Shown: positions 41,500 to 51,437 of the stretch, piece after piece
Position numbering within the stretch: the first letter of the stretch is position 1
Layout of the letters: every line of letters begins with the position of its first letter
NCBI GenBank assembly: GCA_963753435.1
Contig: CAVWCF010000001.1
Coordinates: forward strand, 768,001 to 832,000
Reading direction: 5' to 3'
DNA length: 64,000 nucleotides
DNA from: an uncultured Actinomycetota bacterium
GTDB lineage: Bacteria; Actinomycetota; Actinomycetes; CAVWCF01
The notes under the pieces: generated by a model
Told to the model about the DNA's origin: nothing
The model's input: only the letters and a program-made list of their open reading frames with translations
Databases searched by the model: none
Position numbers and translations under genes: made by a program

Positions 41500-42215
41500 C
41501 GGAGTCGCCGGTGGTTACCGGCTCACTGCTCTTCGAGCTCGCTGACCGGTTGCGGGATCGGCTGGTCGGCAGGGTTAACGGACAGGCCAGCCCGGAAGGC
41601 TTCGCGCTGCACCTGGCCGACGGCACGACTATCGGGTCCGTCGAAGTGTGGCGCTCTGATCAGGTCCGGATAGCCGTAGAGGTCCGATTGGCCGACCCGG
41701 TGCGCGGCCTAGCGGCGTCCATGCTGCACGCGTTCTCGCCGCGGTCGTCACAGTCGCCGCATCTCGTGTGCGACATGGCGCTGCTCGGCCACAAACTCGC
41801 TGTCGGCGCGGACTTGGTACCGCGAACCGACCCGGCCGACACCCCAGAGTGGGCAACACAGGTCTGGGGACCATTGCTGCCCGCCCACGAGCTCTACCTG
41901 GCCACCCCGGGGGTGCGCACGACCACGGATGTAAGCGCGCGGTTGCGATGGCTGTGTTCGCCGTGGCTGATAACCACTTCCCAAGGCTTCGAAAACACCG
42001 ACGCCGCCGAGCGCATTCTGGAAGCTCTCATCGACCGATTCGCCGAGCTCAGTGGGCCCCCCGGGCCTTCCGCCGATGCCCTGTGGGCGGACCGCGATCG
42101 TCGCTACCTGGCGGCACTGTTCGCCGAAGAAACCGACCCTGTTTGGGAAGTCATGTCCGAACTGATCGGAGAGCCCACCCGCGACCGCCTGGTCTCGCTC
42201 ATGGTCGACGGCTGA
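41496..42215 (+). CDS. Red chlorophyll catabolite reductase / ferredoxin-dependent bilin reductase-like protein
   Basis: SMLHAFS...PHLVCD...DLVPRTD...SPWL...RDRRY...F..ETDPVW...LIGE pattern recalled from bacterial RCCR-like proteins; ATGA overlap with the upstream oxygenase gene. Confidence 0.6.
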   Translation: MTESPVVTGSLLFELADRLRDRLVGRVNGQASPEGFALHLADGTTIGSVEVWRSDQVRIAVEVRLADPVRGLAASMLHAFSPRSSQSPHLVCDMALLGHKLAVGADLVPRTDPADTPEWATQVWGPLLPAHELYLATPGVRTTTDVSARLRWLCSPWLITTSQGFENTDAAERILEALIDRFAELSGPPGPSADALWADRDRRYLAALFAEETDPVWEVMSELIGEPTRDRLVSLMVDG

Positions 42216-42268
42216 TCGGAGCCGACAAGTCATCGGCGGGCATCGACCGCATCCGGTAGTAAGGGCGC

Positions 42269-43495
42269 ATGAGCCCCGTTCTGCGTGCAGCAACGGCCGC
42301 GGACCTGCCGGCCATCCGGTCAGTTGACGAGTTCGCGTTCGGCACCGAGATCCCCGACAGTGTTTGGACGGCGTGGACCGAGGCGTTCCCGGTTGCCAGG
42401 GCATACGTTGCCGAGTCGGACGGCACCATCGTCGGCCAGACCGCGTCGCACCGGTTCCAGATGTCCGTCCCCGGCGGCTGGGTCCCCACGGCCGGTGTCA
42501 CTTTCGTGGCAGTGCATCCGCTGCACCGACGCCAAGGCTTGTTGCGCGCCCTGATGACGCGCCAGCTGACCGAACTAGCCGCTGCGGGAGAGCCGATCGC
42601 ACTGCTCTGGGCCTCCGAGCCCGCCATCTACGGCCGCTACGGCTTCGGGCCGGCGGCTGAGCACCTTGACCTCACGGTGCCGGCGGACCCGGCCGCGCTG
42701 CCGGTCCTGCCTGGGGAGGAGTCCCTCCGGGTGGACACCCCGGCACCAACGCAGGCCCGATCCGCCGCCGAGGCCGTCCTGAAGCGAGTGGCCGCCCAAA
42801 GAGCTGGCGTGCTGTCGACCGACGCCGACGCCTGGCCGCTGCGGGTCTTGGACGCCCCCGAACGGCGTGGTGGCTCCGGGAGATTGCGGGCCGCGGTCGT
42901 CTCCGACGGCAGCGGCCAACCCGTTGCCTACGCCCTGTTCGCGCCGACGCAGAGTTGGGACCACGGCCAAGCCGACGGCTCGGTCGCGATCCGCGAGTTC
43001 GCTGCCGTCGACGCGGTCGCCCGGAGTCGGCTGTGGCGGTTCCTGATGTCCCTGGACCTGATGGCCCGGCTGCACTGGGAGTACGCGCCCGCCGACGAGC
43101 CACTACCGCTCATGACGCACGCGTCCCGGCAGATCGTCACGGGTCGTCGCGACAGCATCTGGGTCCGGGTGCTGGACGTCGAAGCGGCGCTACTAGCACG
43201 CACCTACGCGACGGCGCTCGACGTGGTCCTGGAGGTCCACGACGGCCTGATGGCGGACTGCGCCGGACGCTGGCGGCTCACCACCGACGGCGCAACGGCG
43301 ACCTGTGCCCGAACCGAGGACCCCCCGGACCTGAGCATGTCGGTGGCGGCCCTGGGTTCGGCCTACCTCGGCGGCCAGGCATTCGCGAGGCTGGCCGAGG
43401 CCGGGTTGGTCACCGAGCAGACGCCGGGGGCACTGGCGGCAGCCACCACTGCCTTCGGTTCGACTCTGCAGCCATGGTGCCCATTCGTCTTCTGA
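42269..43495 (+). CDS. Eis-like GNAT acetyltransferase with SCP2-like C-terminus
   Basis: VTFVAVHPLHRRQGLLRALM, LWASEPAIYGRYGFG, WVRVLDVEAALLARTY, LGSAYLGG, PWCPFVF. Confidence 0.92.
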   Translation: MSPVLRAATAADLPAIRSVDEFAFGTEIPDSVWTAWTEAFPVARAYVAESDGTIVGQTASHRFQMSVPGGWVPTAGVTFVAVHPLHRRQGLLRALMTRQLTELAAAGEPIALLWASEPAIYGRYGFGPAAEHLDLTVPADPAALPVLPGEESLRVDTPAPTQARSAAEAVLKRVAAQRAGVLSTDADAWPLRVLDAPERRGGSGRLRAAVVSDGSGQPVAYALFAPTQSWDHGQADGSVAIREFAAVDAVARSRLWRFLMSLDLMARLHWEYAPADEPLPLMTHASRQIVTGRRDSIWVRVLDVEAALLARTYATALDVVLEVHDGLMADCAGRWRLTTDGATATCARTEDPPDLSMSVAALGSAYLGGQAFARLAEAGLVTEQTPGALAAATTAFGSTLQPWCPFVF

Positions 43496-43501
43496 ACGGC
43501 C

Positions 43502-43978
43502 CTAGGGCGTGGCGGGCAAGTCCGGCAGCACGTGGGAAACCTCGTATTCGCTCAGCATGTCGATACGACGCTGGTGCCGGTCGTCGCCGGAGAAGGGCGT
43601 AGACACGAATGCGTCCACGATCGCCAACGCATCCTGCTCGCTGTGCATCCGCGCACCCAGGCTGACGAGGTTGGCGTCGTTGTGCTGCCTGGCCAGGCGT
43701 GCCGTCTCCTCGCTCCAAGCGAGCGCGGCCCGCGCCCCCGGGACCTTGTTGGCCGCCATCTGTTCCCCGTTGCCGGACCCACCCAGCACGATCCCGAGGC
43801 TGCCGGGGTCAGCCACCACTGCCGCCGCTGCGGCCAGGCAGAACGGGGGGTAGTCGTCAGCCGGATCCAGGACCGCTGGCCCATGGTCCACCAGTTCGTG
43901 CCCGGCCTGCCCCAGGTGCTCGCGGAGGCGTTCCTTCAACTCGAAACCGGCGTGATCGGCACCCAAGTGGATTCGCAT
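43502..43978 (-). CDS. rpiB: Ribose-5-phosphate isomerase B
   Basis: GADHAGFELK, DDYP, GGSGNGEQMAANKV, ARQHNDAN, RHQRRI. Confidence 0.96.
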   Translation of the reverse strand: MRIHLGADHAGFELKERLREHLGQAGHELVDHGPAVLDPADDYPPFCLAAAAAVVADPGSLGIVLGGSGNGEQMAANKVPGARAALAWSEETARLARQHNDANLVSLGARMHSEQDALAIVDAFVSTPFSGDDRHQRRIDMLSEYEVSHVLPDLPATP

Positions 43979-44091
43979 AGCGGCGAAGTGTCGCACCCGG
44001 GATCGCCCCGGTCAGCGCCGGTTGGATTCGGCGCAGCCGCGCGGCGCACCCTAGGTTTGCCCCGTCGAGACGATCACCCAGGAGGAAAGCG

Positions 44092-46626
44092 GTGCCCAAC
44101 ATCGCCAGGGATGCGGCCCATCGCCGTGCTCAGCAGGTCGCGGTACTCAGCTACGCGGTGGATCTCGACCTCACAACCGAGGACACCTTCCGCTCCGAGA
44201 CGACGGTGCGACTGCACTGCCAGCAGCCCGACGTGAAGACGTGGTTGGACCTGGTCGCGGACCGGGTGGAGTCGCTGACCATCGACGGGGAGAGCACTGA
44301 GGTCGACTACGACGGCGAGCACCTGCAGCTTCCGGTGCTGCCCGCTGGCGACCACGAGATCAAGGTGGTCGCCGACTGCAACTACATGCACTCCGGCGAG
44401 GGACTGCACCGGTTCACCGACCCGGCCGACGGCGAGGTGTACCTGTACACCCAGCACGAGCCGATGGACGCGTGCCGGGTGTTCGCATGCATGGATCAGC
44501 CGGACCTGAAGGCGACTTGGCAGCTGAGCGTCACCGCCCCGGCGGAGTGGACGGTGCTGTCGTGCAGTCCGACGCCGGACCCGGAACCGGCCGCGAACGG
44601 GATGAGCCGTTGGGTGTTCGACCCGACGCCGCGAATCTCCACCTACATCACCGCGCTCGTCGCCGGCCGCTACTCCGGCGTGACGGACTCGGTGACCGTG
44701 CAGGGGCGCACCATCCCGCTCGGGGTCTACTGCCGCACCTCTCTCGTGGAGCACCTGGAGGCCGAGCAGATCTTCGACATCACCAAGCGCGGATTCGAGT
44801 TCTTCACCGAGCAGTTCGGCACGGAGTACCCGTTCGCCAAGTACGACCAGGTGATGGTCCCGGAGTTCAACGCCGGCGCCATGGAGAACGCCGGTTGCGT
44901 GACGTTCCACGAGGACTACGCGATCTTCCGCAGCCGCGTGACCGAGGCTGCACGTGATTGGCGGGCCAACACAATCCTGCACGAACTTGCCCACATGTGG
45001 TTCGGCAACCTGGTGACGATGCAGTGGTGGGACGACCTGTGGCTGAACGAGTCGTTCGCCGAGTTCATGGCCTACCACGCGATGGCCGAGGCGACCACGG
45101 AGTACCGGGACTCCTGGACGGGCTTCTCCGCCGGCCGCAAATCGTGGGGATACCGGCAGGACGCGCTGTCGACAACCCACCCGATCGCTGCCGACGCTCC
45201 CGACCTGTTGACCGCCCAAACCAACTTCGACGGCATCACTTACGCCAAGGGCGCATCGGTGCTGCGCCAGTTGGTCGCCTGGGTCGGCGTCGACGCGTTC
45301 ATGGCCGGGGTCCGCGCCTACATGGCCAAGCACGCCTGGGGCAACACCCGCCTGGTCGATCTGCTCTCGGAACTGGAGACCACGTCCGGGCGGGACCTCT
45401 CCGAATGGACCCAGGCGTGGCTGCAGGAAGCCGGCACCAACACCCTGCGACCGGTGCTGTCCGTCGACGGAGACACGATCAAGTCCCTGACGGTGGCACA
45501 GTCCGCTCCAACCGGGCACCCGCAACTGCGTCCCCACCGCATCGGCATCGGTCTGTACGACAACACCGACGGCCAACTGGTCCGACGGGACTCGATCGAG
45601 CTGGACATCACCGGGGCCAGCAGCGACGTTGCCGCGATCGCCGGTAAGCGAGTCCCCGACCTGCTGCTGCTCAACGACGGGGATCTCACGTTCGCGAAGA
45701 TCCGGCTGGACGCCGACTCCGCCGACACCGCGACCAAGTCGATCGCTGCGATCTCGGACTCACTCACCCGGGCCCTGATCTGGAGTGCGTCGTGGGACAT
45801 GACCCGCGACGCGGAACTGCCCACGAGCAGCTTCCTGCGACTGGTCGCCGGCGGGGTGCAGACCGAAACCCACCAAGTCGTGCTGCAGACGGTGCTGCGC
45901 CAAGCCGCGGCGGCGTGGTCGCAGTACAGCGCTCCCGCCAATCGCGACGCCAACCGGGCAGTGCTCGTGGACGCTTATCGGGAAGCCCTGCACTCTGCCA
46001 AGCCTGGCTCCGACCACCAACTTGCCTTCGTTCGCGCCTTCGCCGAGCTGGCGGTGTCGGCTTCGGACCTGGACTGGCTGGCCGGGCTACGTCGCGGCAG
46101 TGAGTCCCTGGACGGGCTGACGGTGGATACCGACCTGCGTTGGGACCTGCTCGACCGGCTGATCACCGTCGGGTATGCCGAGCCGGCCGAGGTGGAATCC
46201 GAACTGGCCGAGGACGACACGGCCAACGGTCAGCGCCGGGCGGCCGTCCTGCGTGCGGCCGTGCCCACCGCACCGGCCAAGGAGGCCGCCTGGCAGGCGG
46301 CGGTGTTCGACACCTCGTTGCCCAACGCGCTGCAGACGGCGACGATCACCGGCTTCACGCGGGCTGATCAAACTGAACTGCTCGCTGCCTACCGCGACCG
46401 CTACTTCGCCGACGTCACCAAGGCCTACAAGGTGCAAACGACCGAGATGGCGACGAACGTCGCCCAAGGGCTGTTTCCAGCGCTACTGGTGGAGGAGGCC
46501 ACGGTGGCCGCAGCGGAGGGGTTCCTCGACGGCGACGGGCTGCCACAGCCGCTGCGCCGGGCCGTGGAAGAGGGCCGTGATGGCGTGGCGCGGGCCATCC
46601 GAGCGCGGGCGCGCGACGGCGCCTGA
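44092..46626 (+). CDS. pepN: Aminopeptidase N (M1 family)
   Basis: GAMEN, HELAHMWFGNLVT...WLNESFA, YAKGA; AGGAGG RBS. Confidence 0.97.
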   Translation: MPNIARDAAHRRAQQVAVLSYAVDLDLTTEDTFRSETTVRLHCQQPDVKTWLDLVADRVESLTIDGESTEVDYDGEHLQLPVLPAGDHEIKVVADCNYMHSGEGLHRFTDPADGEVYLYTQHEPMDACRVFACMDQPDLKATWQLSVTAPAEWTVLSCSPTPDPEPAANGMSRWVFDPTPRISTYITALVAGRYSGVTDSVTVQGRTIPLGVYCRTSLVEHLEAEQIFDITKRGFEFFTEQFGTEYPFAKYDQVMVPEFNAGAMENAGCVTFHEDYAIFRSRVTEAARDWRANTILHELAHMWFGNLVTMQWWDDLWLNESFAEFMAYHAMAEATTEYRDSWTGFSAGRKSWGYRQDALSTTHPIAADAPDLLTAQTNFDGITYAKGASVLRQLVAWVGVDAFMAGVRAYMAKHAWGNTRLVDLLSELETTSGRDLSEWTQAWLQEAGTNTLRPVLSVDGDTIKSLTVAQSAPTGHPQLRPHRIGIGLYDNTDGQLVRRDSIELDITGASSDVAAIAGKRVPDLLLLNDGDLTFAKIRLDADSADTATKSIAAISDSLTRALIWSASWDMTRDAELPTSSFLRLVAGGVQTETHQVVLQTVLRQAAAAWSQYSAPANRDANRAVLVDAYREALHSAKPGSDHQLAFVRAFAELAVSASDLDWLAGLRRGSESLDGLTVDTDLRWDLLDRLITVGYAEPAEVESELAEDDTANGQRRAAVLRAAVPTAPAKEAAWQAAVFDTSLPNALQTATITGFTRADQTELLAAYRDRYFADVTKAYKVQTTEMATNVAQGLFPALLVEEATVAAAEGFLDGDGLPQPLRRAVEEGRDGVARAIRARARDGA

Positions 46627-46629
46627 GGT

Positions 46630-46992
46630 TCAGCCGGGGCGGGTGTGCGCGGCCAGCGCCGCAAGCCCATCGACCACGCCGTCCACCAGCCGGCCAGACG
46701 AGAACTGCGAAACCATCGTGCCGACGGCCAACGCACAGCCACGATCGTCTACCCGTCTGGACGCTGCGGCGCCGGTAACGACCTCCACCGCCCGCGCGTC
46801 CGGATCCACGGCGACCAGGACGGTCGCACTCGGATCGGCCAGGCGAGCATGCAGCCCCTCGGCCGCCTTGCGCGGTTCGGGCGCAAGCGCTCCCACGTAG
46901 ACGGAGAACTGCAAGCCCGTGGTCTGTTCGGCCTGCGTCACCGCGGCACTGATACGCCGCCGCTGCTTGGCCGTCACCTCACCAGCGGGCAC
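46630..46992 (-). CDS. DUF5130/TPM-fold protein (CtaI-like)
   Basis: AEQTTGLQFSVYVG, VLVAVDPDARAVEVVTG; position after pepN as in mycobacteria. Confidence 0.8.
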   Translation of the reverse strand: MPAGEVTAKQRRRISAAVTQAEQTTGLQFSVYVGALAPEPRKAAEGLHARLADPSATVLVAVDPDARAVEVVTGAAASRRVDDRGCALAVGTMVSQFSSGRLVDGVVDGLAALAAHTRPG

Positions 46993-47302
46993 CGCGGCCC
47001 CCGGTGGACTCGGCAGCGGTCACGGATTCGTCGGCACCGGGATTGATCCAGGTCGCGCCGTCGGGCGACTCCTCGGCGTCCGGCTCCTCGGCCGCCCCCG
47101 CGCCACGGGTCCCCGGCAGCATCACCAGGGCGACGATCACCGCGATGACGAGCAAGGGAATCCCGGCAAACAACAAGATCGCTTCAGCCGCACTCAAAGA
47201 TGAGATGTCCTCCGGTGGCTGCGGTTCCAGCGCGGCAGCGCCGCCAGCCGAAAGCGCGAGGAACAACCCGGACAGGCCCACAATCGCGGTCATGCGCAGC
47301 AC
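46979..47302 (-). CDS. Small membrane protein, CtaJ-like
   Basis: TM helix LLFAGIPLLVIAVIVALVML and C-terminal GGRGARW (compare GGASGKW); directly upstream of the DUF5130 gene. Confidence 0.6.
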   Translation of the reverse strand: MLRMTAIVGLSGLFLALSAGGAAALEPQPPEDISSLSAAEAILLFAGIPLLVIAVIVALVMLPGTRGAGAAEEPDAEESPDGATWINPGADESVTAAESTGGRGARW

Positions 47303-47346
47303 GTCCGCACGTTATCCGACAGACCCGCGCTGCGTAGGGTCACCCG

Positions 47347-49434
47347 GTGACCTCGAACGAACCGGCCCCGGATGCCGTGCCCCGCGATGACGTCGTAGAA
47401 ACCCTGCACGGGGTCGAGGTAGTCGACCCCTACCGCTGGTTGGAGGATCCCCAGAGCGAGGCGACCCGCGAGTGGGGGGCAGACCAGGACAGCCGATTCG
47501 CGGCCGCTCAGGCCGACTGGCCGCTGCGGCAACATTTCGCCGACCGGGTCACGCAACTGCTGCAGGCCGGCAGCGTGTCCGCACCGGCCTGGCGGGGACA
47601 GCGGCAGTTCTTCACCCGGCGCACGGCGACCCAGGAGCACTCCGTGCTGCTCACCGTCGACGCCGACGGTGTCGAACGGGTGCTCTTTGATCCCGTGGCG
47701 GTCGATCCTTCCGGCGGTACGACGTTGGACTCCTGGCAACCCAGCAAGGAGGGACATCTGCTCGCCTACCAGGTGTCCGAGGGCGGCCGGGAGGAGTCGG
47801 TGCTGCGGGTAATGGACGTGGCGACCGGCCGCGATGTCGATGGACCCATTGACCGCGCCCGGTACTCGCCCGTGGCTTGGCTACCCGGTGGCGAGGCGTT
47901 CTACTACGTGCGCCGACTGCCCGCCGCCGATGTCCCCGAAGGCGAGGCGCAGTACCACCGGCGCGTCTACCTGCACCGACTCGGCGCCGGCGCCGATACG
48001 GACGTGGAGGTCTTCGGTGCCGGTCGCCTGATGACGGAGTACTACGGCGTCTCGGTGTCGATGGACGGCCGCTGGCTCGTGGTTTCGGCAAGCGAAGGCA
48101 CCGCACCGCGCAACGACTTGTGGCTGGCCGACCTGTCCACCGGCGAGTTGGGCGCACCCAACCTGCGCACAGTGCAATCCGGCGTCGACGCCCAGACCGG
48201 GCTGCATGTGGGTCGCGACGGACGCCTGTACGTGTTCACTGACGCAGACGCGCCGCGGGGCCGGCTGGCAGTAACCGATCCATTGGCCCCCGAAGCCGAC
48301 AACTGGGTGGATCTGGTCGGTGAAGACCCCGAAGCGGTGCTGGACGGCTTCGCCATCCTGGACGGGCCAGAGGCACCGCCGACCCTGCTGGTTTCCTGGA
48401 CCCGGCACGGCGTCGGTGAGATCACCGTTCATGGCCTGGACGGCAAACGCCGGGGCGCCGTGGCGTTGCCGGGCTTGGGCAGCATCTCCGGGATCGCCGA
48501 GCGGCCGGAGGGTGGGCATGAAGCCTGGTTCGCCTACACAGACGAGACCCACCCGGTCTCCGTCTGGCGCTACGACGCCCGCGACGAGTCGCTGTCGCTG
48601 TGGGCCGACCCGCCGGGCACAGTGCAACCACCGCCGGTTCGCAACCGCCAGGTCACCTACCGCAGTGGCGACGGGACCGAGGTCCGCATGCTGCTCACCG
48701 AGCCGGCCGATGCCGTCGGCCCGCGGCCGGCGCTGCTCAACGGCTACGGCGGCTTCGGGCTGTCGTTGACGCCCGCCTATTCGGCCGCGGCGCTGGCATG
48801 GGTCGAGGCCGGCGGGGTGTACGCGGTCGCGAACATCCGCGGTGGCGGTGAGGAAGGCGAGTCCTGGCACCGCGACGGGATGCTCGCCAACAAGCACCAC
48901 TGCTTTGAGGATTTCGAGGCCGCCGCACAGTGGCTCATCGACGAAGGCATCACGACCGCCGAGCAATTGACGATCATGGGCGGGTCCAACGGCGGGCTGT
49001 TGGTGGGCGCCTGCCTGACCCGTCGACCAGACCTGTTCGCGGCAGTCGTTTGCAGTGCCCCGTTGCTGGACATGGTGCGCTACGAGAAGTTCGGTCTAGG
49101 CGCGACTTGGAACGTCGAATACGGCTCCGCCGCCGATCCCGAGCAGTTCTCCTGGCTGTACTCGTACTCGCCCTACCACCACGTTGCAGACCAGGTTGCC
49201 TACCCGGCCGTGCAGTTCCAGGTCTTCGACGGCGACACTCGGGTGGATCCGCTGCACGCACGCAAGATGTGCGCTGCGCTGCAGCACTCCACCACCGGCG
49301 GGCCGGTTGTGCTGCGGCGCGAAACCGACGTCGGGCACGGTGCCCGGGCAATCTCCCGCTCAGTTGCGCTGATCGCGGACACCCTCGGTTTCGCGGCCAC
49401 CATGACCGGTCTGGGTGAGGCTTCGCAGAGTTAG
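47347..49434 (+). CDS. Prolyl oligopeptidase (S9A)
   Basis: DPYRWLED, GYGGF, ANIRGGGE, GGSNGGLL, DTRV, GHG. Confidence 0.95.
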   Translation: MTSNEPAPDAVPRDDVVETLHGVEVVDPYRWLEDPQSEATREWGADQDSRFAAAQADWPLRQHFADRVTQLLQAGSVSAPAWRGQRQFFTRRTATQEHSVLLTVDADGVERVLFDPVAVDPSGGTTLDSWQPSKEGHLLAYQVSEGGREESVLRVMDVATGRDVDGPIDRARYSPVAWLPGGEAFYYVRRLPAADVPEGEAQYHRRVYLHRLGAGADTDVEVFGAGRLMTEYYGVSVSMDGRWLVVSASEGTAPRNDLWLADLSTGELGAPNLRTVQSGVDAQTGLHVGRDGRLYVFTDADAPRGRLAVTDPLAPEADNWVDLVGEDPEAVLDGFAILDGPEAPPTLLVSWTRHGVGEITVHGLDGKRRGAVALPGLGSISGIAERPEGGHEAWFAYTDETHPVSVWRYDARDESLSLWADPPGTVQPPPVRNRQVTYRSGDGTEVRMLLTEPADAVGPRPALLNGYGGFGLSLTPAYSAAALAWVEAGGVYAVANIRGGGEEGESWHRDGMLANKHHCFEDFEAAAQWLIDEGITTAEQLTIMGGSNGGLLVGACLTRRPDLFAAVVCSAPLLDMVRYEKFGLGATWNVEYGSAADPEQFSWLYSYSPYHHVADQVAYPAVQFQVFDGDTRVDPLHARKMCAALQHSTTGGPVVLRRETDVGHGARAISRSVALIADTLGFAATMTGLGEASQS

Positions 49435-49471
49435 CGGTCGCCGTCGCGGCCGATGGTGGACACAATGAAGC

Positions 49472-51016
49472 ATGCGCGCATTGGTCACCGGGGCGACCGG
49501 CTACATCGGCGGACGCCTGGTACCTGAACTGCTGCAGGCCGGCTGGCAGGTGCGCGTCCTGGCGCGGCACCCGGAACGGTTGCGCGATCGACCCTGGGCG
49601 GATGCCGTCGAAGTGCACGCCGGAGATGTGACGGTGGCTGCGGACGTTGATCAGGCCCTCGCCGACGTGGACGTCGCCTACTACCTGGTGCACTCGCTGA
49701 CCCGGCACGACTTCGAGGCCGCGGACCGGCTCGCGGCGCAGACGTTCGCGGCCGCCGCCGCGCGTGCCGAGTTGCCCAGGCTCGTCTATCTGGGCGGGCC
49801 GGAACCCACCACGCAGACGCTCAGCCCCCACCTGCGGTCTCGGGCCGAGGTGGGCCAGATCTTCCTCGACAGTCCCGTGCCGACCGTGGTTCTGCGGGCT
49901 CCGGTGATCATCGGCTCGGGCTCGGCGTCCTTCGAGATGTTGCGCTACCTGACCGAGCGGCTGCCGGTGATGGTTACCCCGCGGTGGGTGGACAACCTGA
50001 TCCAGCCCATTGCTGTTCGCGACGTGCTGCGCTACCTCGTCGGGGTCGCCGATGTGCCCCAACCTCTGAATCGGGCGTTCGACATCGCCGGTCCGGATCG
50101 GCTCAGCTACCTGCAGATGATGCGCCGCTACGCCAAGGTGGCGGGCCTGAACCGGCGGATTGTCGTCAAGGTCCCGGTCCTGACCCCGGGGCTTTCCAGC
50201 CGCTGGGTCGGACTGGTGACACCGGTGCCGCCCGGGATAGCCAGGCCGCTGATCGAGTCAATTCGCAACGACGCGGTCGCCACCGAACACGACATCGCCG
50301 AGTACGTGCCGGACCCGCCGACCGGTCTGATCGGGTTCGACGAGGCGGTCGCGCTGGCCCTGCAGCGCATCGGTGAGGCGAACGTGGCCACTCGCTGGTC
50401 GCAGGCGTCGGTGCCGGGGGCCCCCAGCGATCCGCTCCCCAGCGACCCGGACTGGGCCGGCGGGTCCATGTACACCGACGAGCGCCGGATCGATGTCGCC
50501 GCGCCACCGGATGCGCTGTGGCGGGTCATCGAAGGAATCGGCGGGGACAACGGCTGGTACTCCCCCAAGTGGGCCTGGGAGTTGCGCGGACTGCTTGACC
50601 GAGCAGTCGGCGGAGTGGGACTACGCCGGGGCCGCCGCGACCAGAACCGGGTGCAGATCGGAGAGTCGCTGGACTTCTGGCGGGTGGAAGAACGCATCCC
50701 CGGCCAACTGCTGCGACTGCGCGCGGAGATGCGCCTGCCTGGTCTGGCCTGGCTGGAACTGCGCGTGGACGACCCTGCCGCGACGTCCTGCACCTACTCC
50801 CAGCGCGCAGTGTTCGTCCCGCGCGGCCTCGCCGGGCACGCCTACTGGTGGTCCATCGCCGCCCTGCACGGCATCGTGTTCGGCACCATGACACGTCGCA
50901 TCGCCCGCAAGGCAGAACGTCTGGCCGCCACGGCCCCGCCGCTAGAGGCTGGAATCGACCCGTTGGACCAGCCCGAGCCGAGAACGGGGCCGGGCCGGGA
51001 GACAATCACCGGGTGA
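49472..51016 (+). CDS. Atypical SDR / NAD(P)-binding protein with DUF2867 C-terminus (YbjT-like)
   Basis: [47 protein letters not shown]. Confidence 0.9.
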   Translation: MRALVTGATGYIGGRLVPELLQAGWQVRVLARHPERLRDRPWADAVEVHAGDVTVAADVDQALADVDVAYYLVHSLTRHDFEAADRLAAQTFAAAAARAELPRLVYLGGPEPTTQTLSPHLRSRAEVGQIFLDSPVPTVVLRAPVIIGSGSASFEMLRYLTERLPVMVTPRWVDNLIQPIAVRDVLRYLVGVADVPQPLNRAFDIAGPDRLSYLQMMRRYAKVAGLNRRIVVKVPVLTPGLSSRWVGLVTPVPPGIARPLIESIRNDAVATEHDIAEYVPDPPTGLIGFDEAVALALQRIGEANVATRWSQASVPGAPSDPLPSDPDWAGGSMYTDERRIDVAAPPDALWRVIEGIGGDNGWYSPKWAWELRGLLDRAVGGVGLRRGRRDQNRVQIGESLDFWRVEERIPGQLLRLRAEMRLPGLAWLELRVDDPAATSCTYSQRAVFVPRGLAGHAYWWSIAALHGIVFGTMTRRIARKAERLAATAPPLEAGIDPLDQPEPRTGPGRETITG

Positions 51017-51390
51017 CTTCGGACAGTTTCTACGACGCCATCGGCGGCCACGAGACCTTTCGCCGACTCGTGGCCCGGTTCTACGAGGGCGTCGCGACCG
51101 ACCCGGCGCTGCGGCCGATGTATCCGGAGGAGGACCTGGGCCCGGCCGCCGAGCGGCTGCTGATGTTCCTGGAGCAGTACTGGGGTGGCCCCAAGACCTA
51201 CCAGGAGCAGCGCGGCCACCCGCGCCTACGGATGCGCCACGCGCCGTACGAGATCGACGAGGCGGCTCGTGATGCGTGGCTTCGGCACATGCGCGACGCC
51301 ATGGACGAACTCAAACTGCCACCGGAGCACGACGATCAACTGTGGGAGTACCTGATCATGGCGGCGTTCGGCATGCAGAACACCGAGTGA
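51013..51390 (+). CDS. glbO: Group II truncated hemoglobin
   Basis: [31 protein letters not shown]; GTG 51013. Confidence 0.93.
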   Translation: MTSDSFYDAIGGHETFRRLVARFYEGVATDPALRPMYPEEDLGPAAERLLMFLEQYWGGPKTYQEQRGHPRLRMRHAPYEIDEAARDAWLRHMRDAMDELKLPPEHDDQLWEYLIMAAFGMQNTE

Positions 51391-51437
51391 TTGAGCAGTC
51401 CCAGCAGCTGCGTCGAAGTGTCCCCGCCAATGACGCG

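Noticed and set aside
38273-43495. Integrative element or genomic island at tRNA-Gly
   Set aside because: Accessory-looking genes, but no integrase or transposase, and I found no duplicated tRNA 3' end (att site).
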